IMG/VR virus record: IMGVR_UViG_3300032007_000001
DNA: 64,000 nucleotides
Origin: a virus
Taxonomy: Duplodnaviria; Caudoviricetes
Reading direction: 5' to 3' (one strand)
The notes below the pieces were generated by a model. That model was not told where the DNA came from, searched no databases, and saw only the letters and a list, made by a program, of their open reading frames with translations. Positions 9,042 to 18,458 of the stretch are shown here, in pieces (the stretch's first letter is position 1; every line of letters begins with the position of its first letter). Position numbers and translations under genes: made by a program.

Positions 9042-9530
9042 GTGAGAGATATGAATATCATTGAAAGATACCCAAACTGTTTTGAGAAAATTGACAATGA
9101 AGTATACGTTGAATACGTTGACCCGGAAAATAACAAGTATAATTATACTGTTTCTGGAAATATGTATGAAGGCGATTTGCTGAAGAAGTATAAATTTGTT
9201 TTGAATGTTTTGTTTGCCGGTACTTTTACTGGTGTTTTTTATTCCAACAATCCAAACAAACTGCGTACAATCGCGAAAGATTTCGTAGATTTGTGTTGGG
9301 AAAAAGAAAAGGATAATGTAGATTCACATTATAATTATCCTAAAGAATTGAATTATCTGCTGATGCATGTTGGAGATGATAAGGAGTGGCTGATGTATTG
9401 TTCGCCAACAAGTGATGAGCATTCAGATATTGAAGCGTGTTATAAAGAAGGAATGTTCTCTGAAGAAGTTTATAGGATGTATGAAACGTATAAGAAATTC
9501 TTGAATGAACGTGGAATGGATGTTTTCTAA
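9042..9530 (+). CDS. hypothetical protein, homologous to the C-terminal domain of 9778..10959
   Basis: shared KKYKF...FYSNNxNKLRTIAKDFxDLxW...LNYLxMxxGD..EW. Confidence 0.75.
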   Translation: MRDMNIIERYPNCFEKIDNEVYVEYVDPENNKYNYTVSGNMYEGDLLKKYKFVLNVLFAGTFTGVFYSNNPNKLRTIAKDFVDLCWEKEKDNVDSHYNYPKELNYLLMHVGDDKEWLMYCSPTSDEHSDIEACYKEGMFSEEVYRMYETYKKFLNERGMDVF

Positions 9531-9759
9531 GGAGGAAGTAATGGATTTTCTAAAAGTAACGATTAGAGAACAAGGAATTACTAGTACAGATTTTGTAAAT
9601 GTAAGTAAAGAATCTTTGGCAAAACGTTATGTGCTTTTGCCTTTTTCTAACGTATATATTAGAAAAGAAAATATTGCCGAGACAGTGGTTCTAATTTCTA
9701 CGAATATGACAAAACGTATGTTGGAACTGATTGTTGATGATATTAAAATTGAAGGATAA
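9505..9759 (+). CDS. hypothetical protein
   Basis: AAGGAGG RBS before ATG 9541. Confidence 0.6.
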   Translation: MNVEWMFSKEEVMDFLKVTIREQGITSTDFVNVSKESLAKRYVLLPFSNVYIRKENIAETVVLISTNMTKRMLELIVDDIKIEG

Positions 9760-9777
9760 TGAAAGGAGATAATTGTT

Positions 9778-10959
9778 ATGCCGAGATATGCTATGCAAAG
9801 TGACAAGTCGATTTTGGAGGAAGCAATTCATAAATATGAGCAAGGTGTTTATGAAATTGTCGACCTTAAACAAATTGACAAAGATAGAAAAATAGATTTT
9901 GGTTGTTCCAATCTGAGCGACCCAGAAAATTGCGATTTTGGAGAAGGATTGGTTGATTACTATCAAATGAATGGCTTTTGCATAGCTCTTTGTTGTGCTG
10001 GTAGCGACGAAGAAACACCGTTGTATTTTGCTCTTTATCTTGATGATAAAAATAAGTTCCGCATGTATATTCCAACCGTTGGAAACACTTTCAATAAATT
10101 TGATAAAAACGCTTTTTGCAGTGAAGATTTTGGTTGGGCAGAACGTTACAACAATTGGGGACTTACAAACGATGATAAAATTTATGATGCAGCGGTAAAA
10201 TTTGTTGACCATATTTTTGAGACATCAAATTTGGACGCTATGTTGGCAGATATTGCTAATCGTATAACTTTGAAAGGCAATGAGACCATTCCAATTCCAG
10301 AAGAAATGATTAGAAAAGATAATGAACGTTGGAATTGGAATCCATTGCAAAAAGCCGACAGTGATTGCGAAGATGAAAACAATTTTGAAGATATTGAGGA
10401 TGGAGACGACGTAATCAAAGCATATCCGGAATTGTTTGAAGAAGTAGAAAAGAATGACGACGATGTGTATATTGAATGTGATTATTGTGATAATGAAGAT
10501 TTTGAAAAATACAAAAATTCGACTGGAAAATTGTTAAAAGATGAATTGAATAAAAAATATAAATTTAGGCTTTGCGTTGAAATGGAAGGACATTATCGCG
10601 GGAATTTCTATTCTAATAATGCAAATAAGTTGCGTACAATTGCAAAGGATTTTATAGATTTGTATTGGGATGTCAATTACGACCCTTATTATGAGGAAGA
10701 TTATGATGGCAGTTATCCATTCATTTATTGTCCTCTTGATGGTCATTTTGAACTGCCAATGGTTCTCAATTATTTGATGATGGCTTGTGGTGATGGATGT
10801 GAGTGGTTCATTAATTGCTATACAACAGAGAATGAAGACGCAGATTCTGATGAAATGTATAAGCTTGGTCTTTATCCTAAAAAAGTACACGAAATGTTTT
10901 TGGACCACAATGACCATATTGCTTGTATGGGGAAATATGAATACTTGAGGAAAAAATGA
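9778..10959 (+). CDS. acidic two-domain hypothetical protein
   Basis: 393-aa ORF with AAAGGAG RBS; C-terminal domain duplicated in 9042..9530. Confidence 0.75.
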   Translation: MPRYAMQSDKSILEEAIHKYEQGVYEIVDLKQIDKDRKIDFGCSNLSDPENCDFGEGLVDYYQMNGFCIALCCAGSDEETPLYFALYLDDKNKFRMYIPTVGNTFNKFDKNAFCSEDFGWAERYNNWGLTNDDKIYDAAVKFVDHIFETSNLDAMLADIANRITLKGNETIPIPEEMIRKDNERWNWNPLQKADSDCEDENNFEDIEDGDDVIKAYPELFEEVEKNDDDVYIECDYCDNEDFEKYKNSTGKLLKDELNKKYKFRLCVEMEGHYRGNFYSNNANKLRTIAKDFIDLYWDVNYDPYYEEDYDGSYPFIYCPLDGHFELPMVLNYLMMACGDGCEWFINCYTTENEDADSDEMYKLGLYPKKVHEMFLDHNDHIACMGKYEYLRKK

Positions 10960-11270
10960 TTATAAAAAATTTTTCTTTTCGCAAAAAAATCAAAGTATAT
11001 TTTGATATTGCGAAAGATACAAAGATAATTTTATATGATTTTTTTGGAAACAACGTATTGTTGCTAAAAATTGAGTGTCAATATGATTATATTTTTTCAT
11101 TTGCATTAAATGAGTATGGAACAAAAACATTCAACGCAAAACTTTTTGAAACAGATTTTTTACATACATTCGGAGATGATGAACGAAATAGAGAAGCATC
11201 AGAAACACTTTCAAATATAGTTAAAAATTATTATCCAATAAAAAAATTAATTCCCAATATTGGATTATAA
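10956..11270 (+). CDS. hypothetical protein, GL-tail family
   Basis: ends ...PNIGL*. Confidence 0.7.
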   Translation: MIIKNFSFRKKIKVYFDIAKDTKIILYDFFGNNVLLLKIECQYDYIFSFALNEYGTKTFNAKLFETDFLHTFGDDERNREASETLSNIVKNYYPIKKLIPNIGL

Positions 11271-11378
11271 AAGAGCGACTAAATAGCCACTCTTTTTTTA
11301 TTTTTAAATTAGAAAAGAAAAATATAGTTGGAACATTGACCATATCAAATAACAGATAAAAAATAAGAGGTGAAATAA

Positions 11379-11981
11379 ATGAAATTAGTATATGTAAATG
11401 ATGAACAATATAATGATTTTATAAATTCCTTAACAATAGAACAAAAATCTATGCTTAGAAATAACGAAGACAATAATGATGATTCTGATGATAGCTTGGC
11501 TATCATCAGAATCTTATCTAATAGTGAATATGACCAATATATTATTAATAGTACATGCGATGGGTCCATATCATTAAATAATCAAAATGTATGGCACCAT
11601 GACGAACCTCGCCAGGATGTTTCTATAAACACTGGACACTCCAATTATTCTCTTGGTGAGTTTGGGTCTTGTGTGTTGCTAAAAGAATTGGTACAAAACA
11701 ATATTAAAGAAAATGCATGTCTTTATAGTCAATCTAAAATAAAAGTTGATATGTTTGTGACATGGTACAGCGAAAAATATAGAACATCGCATTCTATCGA
11801 AAAGAGTATGTATGAAAACAAAACTACAAAAAATAAAAAATATTTTGTTTATCCAAATGGTGTAATAAATTATAATTCTCAAGGTTCTGCTCATGGTTGG
11901 TATGCTTTTAATATATCTTTTAATTATCGTCCTGTTTTTCAATATATAGATAATAATAAATCTAACAATATTTTTAGGTGA
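11379..11981 (+). CDS. variable-core paralogue family member 1
   Basis: IRILSNSEYDQYII..TCDGSI...NVWH and C-terminal YRPVFQYIDNNKSNNIFR. Confidence 0.75.
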   Translation: MKLVYVNDEQYNDFINSLTIEQKSMLRNNEDNNDDSDDSLAIIRILSNSEYDQYIINSTCDGSISLNNQNVWHHDEPRQDVSINTGHSNYSLGEFGSCVLLKELVQNNIKENACLYSQSKIKVDMFVTWYSEKYRTSHSIEKSMYENKTTKNKKYFVYPNGVINYNSQGSAHGWYAFNISFNYRPVFQYIDNNKSNNIFR

Positions 11982-11985
11982 TAAT

Positions 11986-12675
11986 ATGTCAAAAATTATT
12001 TCTGACGAATTATATAATCAAATCTTAAATTCTAATTTAGAACAATCATTAAAAAATTCATTAATAAATCTGCAAAACAATAACAATGATATTTCTAATA
12101 ATAGTTTAATTGGTATTAGGACATTGTCTCCTGATGAATATGATAAATATATTATAAATGGAAATGCAGACTATTCTATAACAGTTCATGATAATAATGT
12201 ATATCACTATCAAGATGATTATGGAACTGGTAAATCATATATTGGTTACAGTGGTTCATATTGGGATGCAAATAATGCTACTGTAAAAAGCATGTATCAT
12301 TATCCTAATTATGTTTTGAAATATACAAATGACCAAGGTTATGTATATGATACATTTAATTGTTATCTTTCATATGAACTTGGACAAGGCAGTTCTGAAA
12401 ATAATTGTTCTATTTATAGAGGTGAACAATGTATTATCGACTGTCTTGGAGGACAAAGCGGATATTATGGTTATGTAGTTACTAGTACAAATGATATTGT
12501 AGCAATAATAGATAAAGATGTAACGCAAAAACTTGTTGATGCTAAAATAAGTTGGTTTAGAAATGCAAGGGGCGGAAGGTCTGATAGAGCATGGTTAAAT
12601 ATTTATTATAATTTTAATTTTCGTCCTATTTTTATTTTTGCAGACAATAATAAGTCTAAGAACATTTTTTATTAA
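11986..12675 (+). CDS. variable-core paralogue family member 2
   Basis: IRTLSPDEYDKYII...SIT...NVYH and FRPIFIFADNNKSKNIFY. Confidence 0.75.
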   Translation: MSKIISDELYNQILNSNLEQSLKNSLINLQNNNNDISNNSLIGIRTLSPDEYDKYIINGNADYSITVHDNNVYHYQDDYGTGKSYIGYSGSYWDANNATVKSMYHYPNYVLKYTNDQGYVYDTFNCYLSYELGQGSSENNCSIYRGEQCIIDCLGGQSGYYGYVVTSTNDIVAIIDKDVTQKLVDAKISWFRNARGGRSDRAWLNIYYNFNFRPIFIFADNNKSKNIFY

Positions 12676-12771
12676 AAAATTTTGAATAGACATTATTTTA
12701 ATGTCTATTATTTTTTTTTATCTTTTTTTATTTATTTTATTTTAAAGAAATTTTGTACTGAAGGTGTTGAA

Positions 12772-13386
12772 ATGTGGATGTTAAAAATGTTAAAGATAAT
12801 TTCAAAAACATGGAACTTGTCGTTGTTGAAAAACAAAGCAATATTAAGCGTTACGCTATTGCTGCTGGTATCGTCATTCTTTGTATCGCCATCTATTGGT
12901 TCATGCTCGGATTCCACGGAAGAAACGAGCACATTGACAATATCGATGACGGACTGGAAAAAATTACAATCGAACAACAAAGAGCAAAAGATAGCCTTGG
13001 AAAAATCCAAGAAGGAATTGGAAGAAGCGAAAGCTCAGTTGAGCGAATCGAATCAAGCGTTGATAGAAGCGAAGGAATTATTAGAGATATTGCAGATGGA
13101 CTCGAGCGAAGCTCAGGACAAATTGATGCTGTTATTGAACGAATTGAATATGCAGAAGAGCGAAATCGAGATGCTGAAGGGCGAATTGGCGAAACTTCAG
13201 ACAGAGTCGATGACGGCATTAGATGCGCTGACGAAAGCGAATCTATATTTGCAAGATATGAAAAAGGAAATTGAAGAAAACGAAAAACATTGGAAAGCTA
13301 GAGAAACACAGCTTGAACGCCAGAGAGTACTTTGGCAAATAATAGCAGTATTGGCTGTGGCTGGTGGAGTTGCAGCAGCTGCATAA
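12772..13386 (+). CDS. putative spanin-like lipoprotein (coiled coil, C-terminal TM)
   Basis: ATG 12772 after AAGGTG; hydrophobic signal ending IGSC (lipobox-like), long coiled coil, C-terminal hydrophobic segment. Confidence 0.55.
   Translation: MWMLKMLKIISKTWNLSLLKNKAILSVTLLLLVSSFFVSPSIGSCSDSTEETSTLTISMTDWKKLQSNNKEQKIALEKSKKELEEAKAQLSESNQALIEAKELLEILQMDSSEAQDKLMLLLNELNMQKSEIEMLKGELAKLQTESMTALDALTKANLYLQDMKKEIEENEKHWKARETQLERQRVLWQIIAVLAVAGGVAAAA
12774..13274 (+). CDS. putative inner-membrane spanin (Rz-like), embedded out of frame in the previous gene
   Basis: N-terminal TM (YAIAAGIVILCIAIYWFML) plus heptad coiled coil. Confidence 0.55.
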   Translation: MDVKNVKDNFKNMELVVVEKQSNIKRYAIAAGIVILCIAIYWFMLGFHGRNEHIDNIDDGLEKITIEQQRAKDSLGKIQEGIGRSESSVERIESSVDRSEGIIRDIADGLERSSGQIDAVIERIEYAEERNRDAEGRIGETSDRVDDGIRCADESESIFARYEKGN

Positions 13387-13476
13387 TATCACTAAAACAC
13401 ATGAGAGGCCCATCAGGCCTCTTTTTATTTATGTGTTATAAAATATATATTTACATATATTCGAATTTGTTATAGA

Positions 13477-13791
13477 ATGTATCTGGTGATAATTATGATA
13501 TTTGCTAATGACTTACAAATAAAAATCGATTGTATTTTTAATTATAAACCAGTACAATACATTCACATATCTATAATTTTTATATACAAAAATAAACGTA
13601 CGAGAACAAGATATAGTGCAAATGCATATAACATATTTGATTGTAAATTAACTGATTTTAAGAATGTATTCAAAAACGAACAATACATTATAAATTTTAA
13701 AAAAGATGTTATAGAACAAGAAAATAGAATCAATAAAGAAATAATCAATTATTTTAAGAACAGTAATCACATGTTGTACATAGGACTGTAA
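13477..13791 (+). CDS. hypothetical protein, GL-tail family
   Basis: ends ...LYIGL*. Confidence 0.7.
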   Translation: MYLVIIMIFANDLQIKIDCIFNYKPVQYIHISIIFIYKNKRTRTRYSANAYNIFDCKLTDFKNVFKNEQYIINFKKDVIEQENRINKEIINYFKNSNHMLYIGL

Positions 13792-13794
13792 ATC

Positions 13795-14139
13795 ATGAAA
13801 ACATTGGAAAAGTATTGGTTTGAAAATAAAAACGTTTTTGTATCGCGATATTCTCATAATAATTTAATTTTTTCTTTTGGTCTTCATAAAAAAGAAAAAC
13901 GAGGAATTAGCATTCATTCTTCTATTAAAATGAAAATAAATAACGAATATCTTTTGATATGCGATTTACATACATTTAATGTTTTGGATGCAAATATTGA
14001 TGATTTTACAACATCGTTAACTAATAATTGTTATATTGGATTTTTTGATAGAAATGAAAATTTTTGCCAAAATCATTTTAGTGAAGCATTAAAAAGATTT
14101 TTTATAGATGTTAATCAAATTGCTATGGTGGGATTATAA
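13795..14139 (+). CDS. hypothetical protein, GL-tail family
   Basis: ends ...AMVGL*. Confidence 0.7.
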   Translation: MKTLEKYWFENKNVFVSRYSHNNLIFSFGLHKKEKRGISIHSSIKMKINNEYLLICDLHTFNVLDANIDDFTTSLTNNCYIGFFDRNENFCQNHFSEALKRFFIDVNQIAMVGL

Positions 14140-14392
14140 GATGTTTTATTCAAGAAAAGTACATGACTTGCATTTTTCTTTTCATATGCAAGAAGATTAT
14201 AGAGATTACTATACTTTATATGTAACATCCGAACCAGACTTAAATTTTGAAGTTACATTTGATTTTTTGACAATTCCAAAAATAGATGAAGAAGAAAAAA
14301 ATTATTTATGTAAGTACTATGGAGAACATTTTGAAATATGGGTACATGAATTTTTTAGAGATAAAATTTTCCTAACCAAATTTGGATTATAA
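14108..14392 (+). CDS. hypothetical protein, GL-tail family
   Basis: ends ...TKFGL*; likely start ATG 14141. Confidence 0.7.
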   Translation: MLIKLLWWDYKMFYSRKVHDLHFSFHMQEDYRDYYTLYVTSEPDLNFEVTFDFLTIPKIDEEEKNYLCKYYGEHFEIWVHEFFRDKIFLTKFGL

Positions 14393-14420
14393 AAAAGAGA
14401 GGCAAATGCCTCTCTTTTTT
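14393..14420. terminator. bidirectional intrinsic terminator
   Basis: AAAAGAGAGGC-aaat-GCCTCTCTTTT between convergent genes. Confidence 0.8.
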
Positions 14421-14716
14421 TATATATGTTTTACTCTGTCTCTTACTTCGGCTTTTTTTGCGTCATTAAACTTATCTAAAGTAGTAGATATGTACCCAGT
14501 AATTCTTCTAATTCTTTCTATCTTATGAGGTTGGATATATTCAATCTCTAAATCCATGCCTTTTCCATCTTCACAAAAAGAAACGATGATTGTATCTATT
14601 TCTTCTTTTTCTGATTTATTTTTTTCGGCGTATTCTACTATTTTTTCAGCTTCTTCTGTCGTTAAATCAATATCTTTTCCTTTTACAGATATTTCATTTA
14701 TTTTTATTGTTTTCAT
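14420..14716 (-). CDS. stand-alone glycyl-radical domain of class III ribonucleotide reductase
   Basis: ERIRRITGYI...FNDAKKAEVRDRVKH is the canonical NrdD C-terminus; own GGAGGT RBS. Confidence 0.85.
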   Translation of the reverse strand: MKTIKINEISVKGKDIDLTTEEAEKIVEYAEKNKSEKEEIDTIIVSFCEDGKGMDLEIEYIQPHKIERIRRITGYISTTLDKFNDAKKAEVRDRVKHI

Positions 14717-14729
14717 ATTTTTACCTCCA

Positions 14730-16277
14730 TTAGCAAATGCATGGCATTTTTACATGTTGATTATTAATATGGTCTTTTTGTCCGCATACTGGACATTCGT
14801 TGTCAATGATTCCATTATATCCGCAATTACTGCATCTATCAATTGGATGATTGATAGCACAATATGTGCAATCATAATCATGCATTGTTCTTACAATTTT
14901 TTCAAATGCAGATAAATTCTTAGTTGGGTCTCCATCCATTTCTACATACATAATGGCGCCAGCATTACATAATGCATGATATGGAGCTTCAATTCTAATT
15001 TTATCAATTGCTTTAATTGGATAATATACTGGAACATGGCTTGAATTTGTCATATATTCTTTATCTGTTACACCTTTTATGATTCCATAATGAGCCTGGT
15101 TGCTTCTTTGGAAACTACCAGCTGTAGATTCTGCAGGTGTAGCAAAAACAGACCAATTCAAATGTGTATCTTTAATATACTTATCAGTCATTTCTCTCAT
15201 ATGACCAATAATTTCCAATCCAAGTTTTTGAGATTCTTCTGATTCACCATGATGTTTTCCAGTTAAGAATTTTAAGCATTCTGCTAATCCACAAAAACCA
15301 ATACTTAATGAAGCATGTTTCAATATTTTTTCTATTGTGTCATTTGGTTTAAGCTTTTCACTATCCATCCAAACTCCTTGACCAAGCAAGAATGGATAAT
15401 TATAAACATGGCGTTTACCGATTAAATGATATCTCCAAAGAATTTGATTCTTTGCTAACTCCATATATTTATCAAGAAGTTTATAAAATTCCTTTATATT
15501 TTTTTGAGATTCAATAGCTAATTTTGGAAGATTAATAGTAGTGAATGAGAAATTACCGCGACTTGTAACAATTTCTGGACCGTTTACATTGCTAATCGTG
15601 CGCGTTCTGCAACCCATTGTCGCGATTTCAGTACGTGGGTCATCCGGTTTATAATATTGTAAGTTATATGGAGCATCTACATTTACAAAATTTGGGAATA
15701 AACGTTTTGCTGAAACTCTGATAGCTAATTTGAATAAATCATAATTTGGGTCTCCGGGATTATAATTTATTCCTTCTTTCATTTTGAAAACAGTAATTGG
15801 AAATATTGGAGTTTCACCTTTTCCCAATCCTTCTTCTTGCGAAAGTAAAAGTTTTTCTGTTACAAGTCTACCTTCTGGCGATGTGTCTGTTCCAAAATTC
15901 AAAGAACTAAATGGCGTTTGTGAACCGCAACGGCTATGCATAGAATTCAAATTGAAAATAACGCTTTCCATAGCTTGATACGTTTCATCTTCAATTTGTT
16001 CGCATGTATTTTCGTATACTTTATTCAAAAAATCATAAATTATTTCTTCAATTACATTGAATTTATCACTTAACTTTTTTGATAATTCTTTTAAACATTC
16101 ATTGTTAAGATATGTTGGATAATTATTTTCAGCTATTTCTAAAACTTTATCATTATCATAGTTTGTGTATTTTAAAGCAGCTTTTAAGTTTTTCTTAAAG
16201 TCTTTTTTAAATGATTTTCTAACGCCTTCCGCCATGCCATAATCAAAACAAGCAATGCTTTGGCCTCCAAATTGGTC
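14730..16277 (-). CDS. nrdD: anaerobic ribonucleoside-triphosphate reductase, exon 3
   Basis: DQFGGQS, SQTPFSS, TMGCRTR, RGNFSFTTINLP, ATPAES, YMTNSSHVP, C-terminal CxxC...CPVCG. Confidence 0.93.
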   Translation of the reverse strand, partial: DQFGGQSIACFDYGMAEGVRKSFKKDFKKNLKAALKYTNYDNDKVLEIAENNYPTYLNNECLKELSKKLSDKFNVIEEIIYDFLNKVYENTCEQIEDETYQAMESVIFNLNSMHSRCGSQTPFSSLNFGTDTSPEGRLVTEKLLLSQEEGLGKGETPIFPITVFKMKEGINYNPGDPNYDLFKLAIRVSAKRLFPNFVNVDAPYNLQYYKPDDPRTEIATMGCRTRTISNVNGPEIVTSRGNFSFTTINLPKLAIESQKNIKEFYKLLDKYMELAKNQILWRYHLIGKRHVYNYPFLLGQGVWMDSEKLKPNDTIEKILKHASLSIGFCGLAECLKFLTGKHHGESEESQKLGLEIIGHMREMTDKYIKDTHLNWSVFATPAESTAGSFQRSNQAHYGIIKGVTDKEYMTNSSHVPVYYPIKAIDKIRIEAPYHALCNAGAIMYVEMDGDPTKNLSAFEKIVRTMHDYDCTYCAINHPIDRCSNCGYNGIIDNECPVCGQKDHINNQHVKMPCIC

Positions 16278-16623
16278 CGTGTTATTCAATCGATATCGCT
16301 ACTATCGACCAGTTCTCTTATGAACTTCATGTGCTTTCACACATAGACTAGACTATATCATTCTCGCCATATATCTTAAAAAAGATACTTAGGTTTTGTC
16401 CCCCACTTCTCAGGCGCTTGCCCAATAAAAGCATTTCAGCTTATAGTCGTTGAGGTTTATTCTGTTCGAATCTTACCTGCTGATTTCCCAATCCTTAAAC
16501 TTTTTAAAGCATTTGCGTTTGAGCTTATTTCATCTCTCCGATTTAGCATTAAGGCTCTAAGGGCGTTCCAGCATTTCAAGGGAATGCGAGTAATATGTTT
16601 CCATATTAAACGAACAAATTTTT
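16278..16623 (-). ncRNA. group I intron 2 of nrdD (ORF-less, 346 nt)
   Basis: Minus-strand core elements AAAUGCUGGAA (P), AAUCAGCAG (Q), UCAACGACUA (R), UGAUAUAGUCU (S); terminal G before the GAC codon. Confidence 0.85.
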
Positions 16624-16639
16624 ATTTTGGTTGCTTTGT
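16624..16639 (-). CDS. nrdD: nrdD micro-exon 2 (16 nt; completes Ile and encodes QSNQN)
   Basis: A CAA AGC AAC CAA AAT restores the conserved ACIAI-QSNQN-DQFGGQS in frame. Confidence 0.85.
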
Positions 16640-17598
16640 CATTATTACCGTCATTTTCATGATATTTAATGCTCAATTAAGAGCCGGATTAGACTATCTC
16701 ATTACCCTCGTTTAACGTTAGGATTAATAGAGTCTACCTATTAATAGTAAAACTATATTTTACTGTATTGTGCACTTCGATTTAAGGGGTTTTCTCCCAC
16801 CAATATTTCAATTGGCCCTACTCCTATTGCGGAGACCAATCCGCTAAAGGATAGTCGTTACACTTTTATATTACATTAATTCAATTATATCTTTAATCAT
16901 ATATTTTTGTCTAATTTCTGGTTGTGCTATAATATTTTTTATTGTGCTTAAATGATAATTTTTATTTAGTTTTTTATTTATTGCTTTTATCATTTCTTTT
17001 CTTGTATGAATTATTGCTGACGTATTATCTGTAAAGATGATTTTTCTTGTTTTTGCTGCTGGATTTCCAGCGCCAGAATTTGTTTGTGAAACTATTTTTC
17101 TATGTTCTTCTGTCATGTGACTTCCTAATCTAGTCGGTCTATAATTAAGAACTTGGTAATTATATTTCATATTTTTCGAATGTGTTGTCCATTCTAAATT
17201 TAAGTAATGATTATTTCTTTTATTTCCGTCTAAATGATTAACTTCTAATTTTTCATTATCTTTTTTACAAAAAGTTTCAGCAACAATTCTATGTACCAAA
17301 TATACATTACAACATACATAACCAGAGTTATTTATTCTGAAAGATAATTTTCTTTTGTTTTTATAATCGTAAACAAATGTTCCTTCTTTATTTACAAAAA
17401 GCATTTTGTATTTTTTTGAATTATGTAATATACTTAGCACGGTATTACCAGCTATCCATTTCTGGACCTTAGGTTCTCTTACGAAGCTCATTGGTTATTA
17501 ACTCCTACCGTTAGCATGAGAAAATTTCTCACACACCCCATATTGGGTTCACACAATTTTTTCTGAACATGTTTCCATGTTAGGCCACACATTTGTTT
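16640..17598 (-). mobile_element. group I intron 1 of nrdD (959 nt) carrying an HNH homing endonuclease
   Basis: P1 helix GCCAU/GUGGC with U.G at the 5' splice site; R (UAACGACUAU) and S (UGAGAUAGUCU) elements; terminal G at 16640. Confidence 0.85.
16871..17491 (-). CDS. intron-encoded HNH homing endonuclease
   Basis: VHRIVAETF...VNHLDGNKRNNHYLNLEWTTHSKN plus NUMOD3-like HMTEEHRKIVS. Confidence 0.88.
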   Translation of the reverse strand: MSFVREPKVQKWIAGNTVLSILHNSKKYKMLFVNKEGTFVYDYKNKRKLSFRINNSGYVCCNVYLVHRIVAETFCKKDNEKLEVNHLDGNKRNNHYLNLEWTTHSKNMKYNYQVLNYRPTRLGSHMTEEHRKIVSQTNSGAGNPAAKTRKIIFTDNTSAIIHTRKEMIKAINKKLNKNYHLSTIKNIIAQPEIRQKYMIKDIIELM

Positions 17599-18263
17599 AT
17601 GGCAATACACGCGAGCGCTGCATAAGAACGAATTGATTGTGGTTCTCTTATCCAACCGTTGCCAGTAGAAAATCCTCCATGAAATAATTTAAGAATATCT
17701 ATTTGGCAGCAATTGAAAGTTAACATCGAAAAGTCCTTATCGTGTATATGAAGCCAACCTTCTTTCATTGCTTCCACATATTCATCTGGCATAACGTAGT
17801 TATCAATGAAAAATTTACTTGCTTCAGTACCATACTTAAGCATTGACCCCATTGTGCTTGTAGAAGAAATGTTTGCATTGTCTCTATATGCATCAATTGA
17901 ATTATCAGCTTTGAATGTAAGATTCATGAATTCTGACATTAATTTCTCTGCATCATCTCTTCTTTTAGCATGTTCAGCTCTATACACAATATATGATTTT
18001 GCTGTATTGATGTACTTTGACTTCATTAAAATGTTTTCTGTAGCTTCACTAATCTTATCTACAGATGGAATTTTGGTATCAGAAAAATAGTCTTCAACTT
18101 GCTTTACAATGTCCGTGATTTGTGCAATGTTCATTCGTTTGTCTTTACTATCCTTATTTGCTTGACGAATGGCATTGAAAATCTTAGAATCATCATATTC
18201 TACTATTTTTCCATTTCTCTTTTTTACCTTAAACACTTTGAAAAATTCATCTCCTTTTTGCAT
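17599..18263 (-). CDS. nrdD: anaerobic ribonucleoside-triphosphate reductase, exon 1 (ATP cone)
   Basis: VKKRNG..VEYDDSKI ATP cone, DNAN, HIHDKDF, EPQSIRSYAALACIAI. Confidence 0.92.
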
Positions 18264-18458
18264 AGCTAAATTATTTTATGCTAAAAAAATCAAAGTATTT
18301 TGATGATTACTTTATTCTTGTAACCTCAAAATACTTTGATATACGCTAAAAATTTCAGTATTTTTATATTTATTTTTTATTTTTTTATTAAAAAAATTAT
18401 TTTTTCTATTATAATTTTATGACTTGAACGAATTAGAATAAATTAAGAGGTGTAAAAC

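Noticed and set aside
6680-14392. TTTGGATTRTAA at gene ends as a DNA recombination (integron-like cassette) site
   Set aside because: Synonymous codons and all three stop codons vary, no inverted-repeat attC structure is present and there is no integrase; the conservation is at protein level.
14730-18263. nrdD as a pseudogene or two separate genes (ORF-track ends 16289 and 17580)
   Set aside because: Two group I introns and a micro-exon restore one continuous frame; the NKCVA and MNNT ends are intron read-through.
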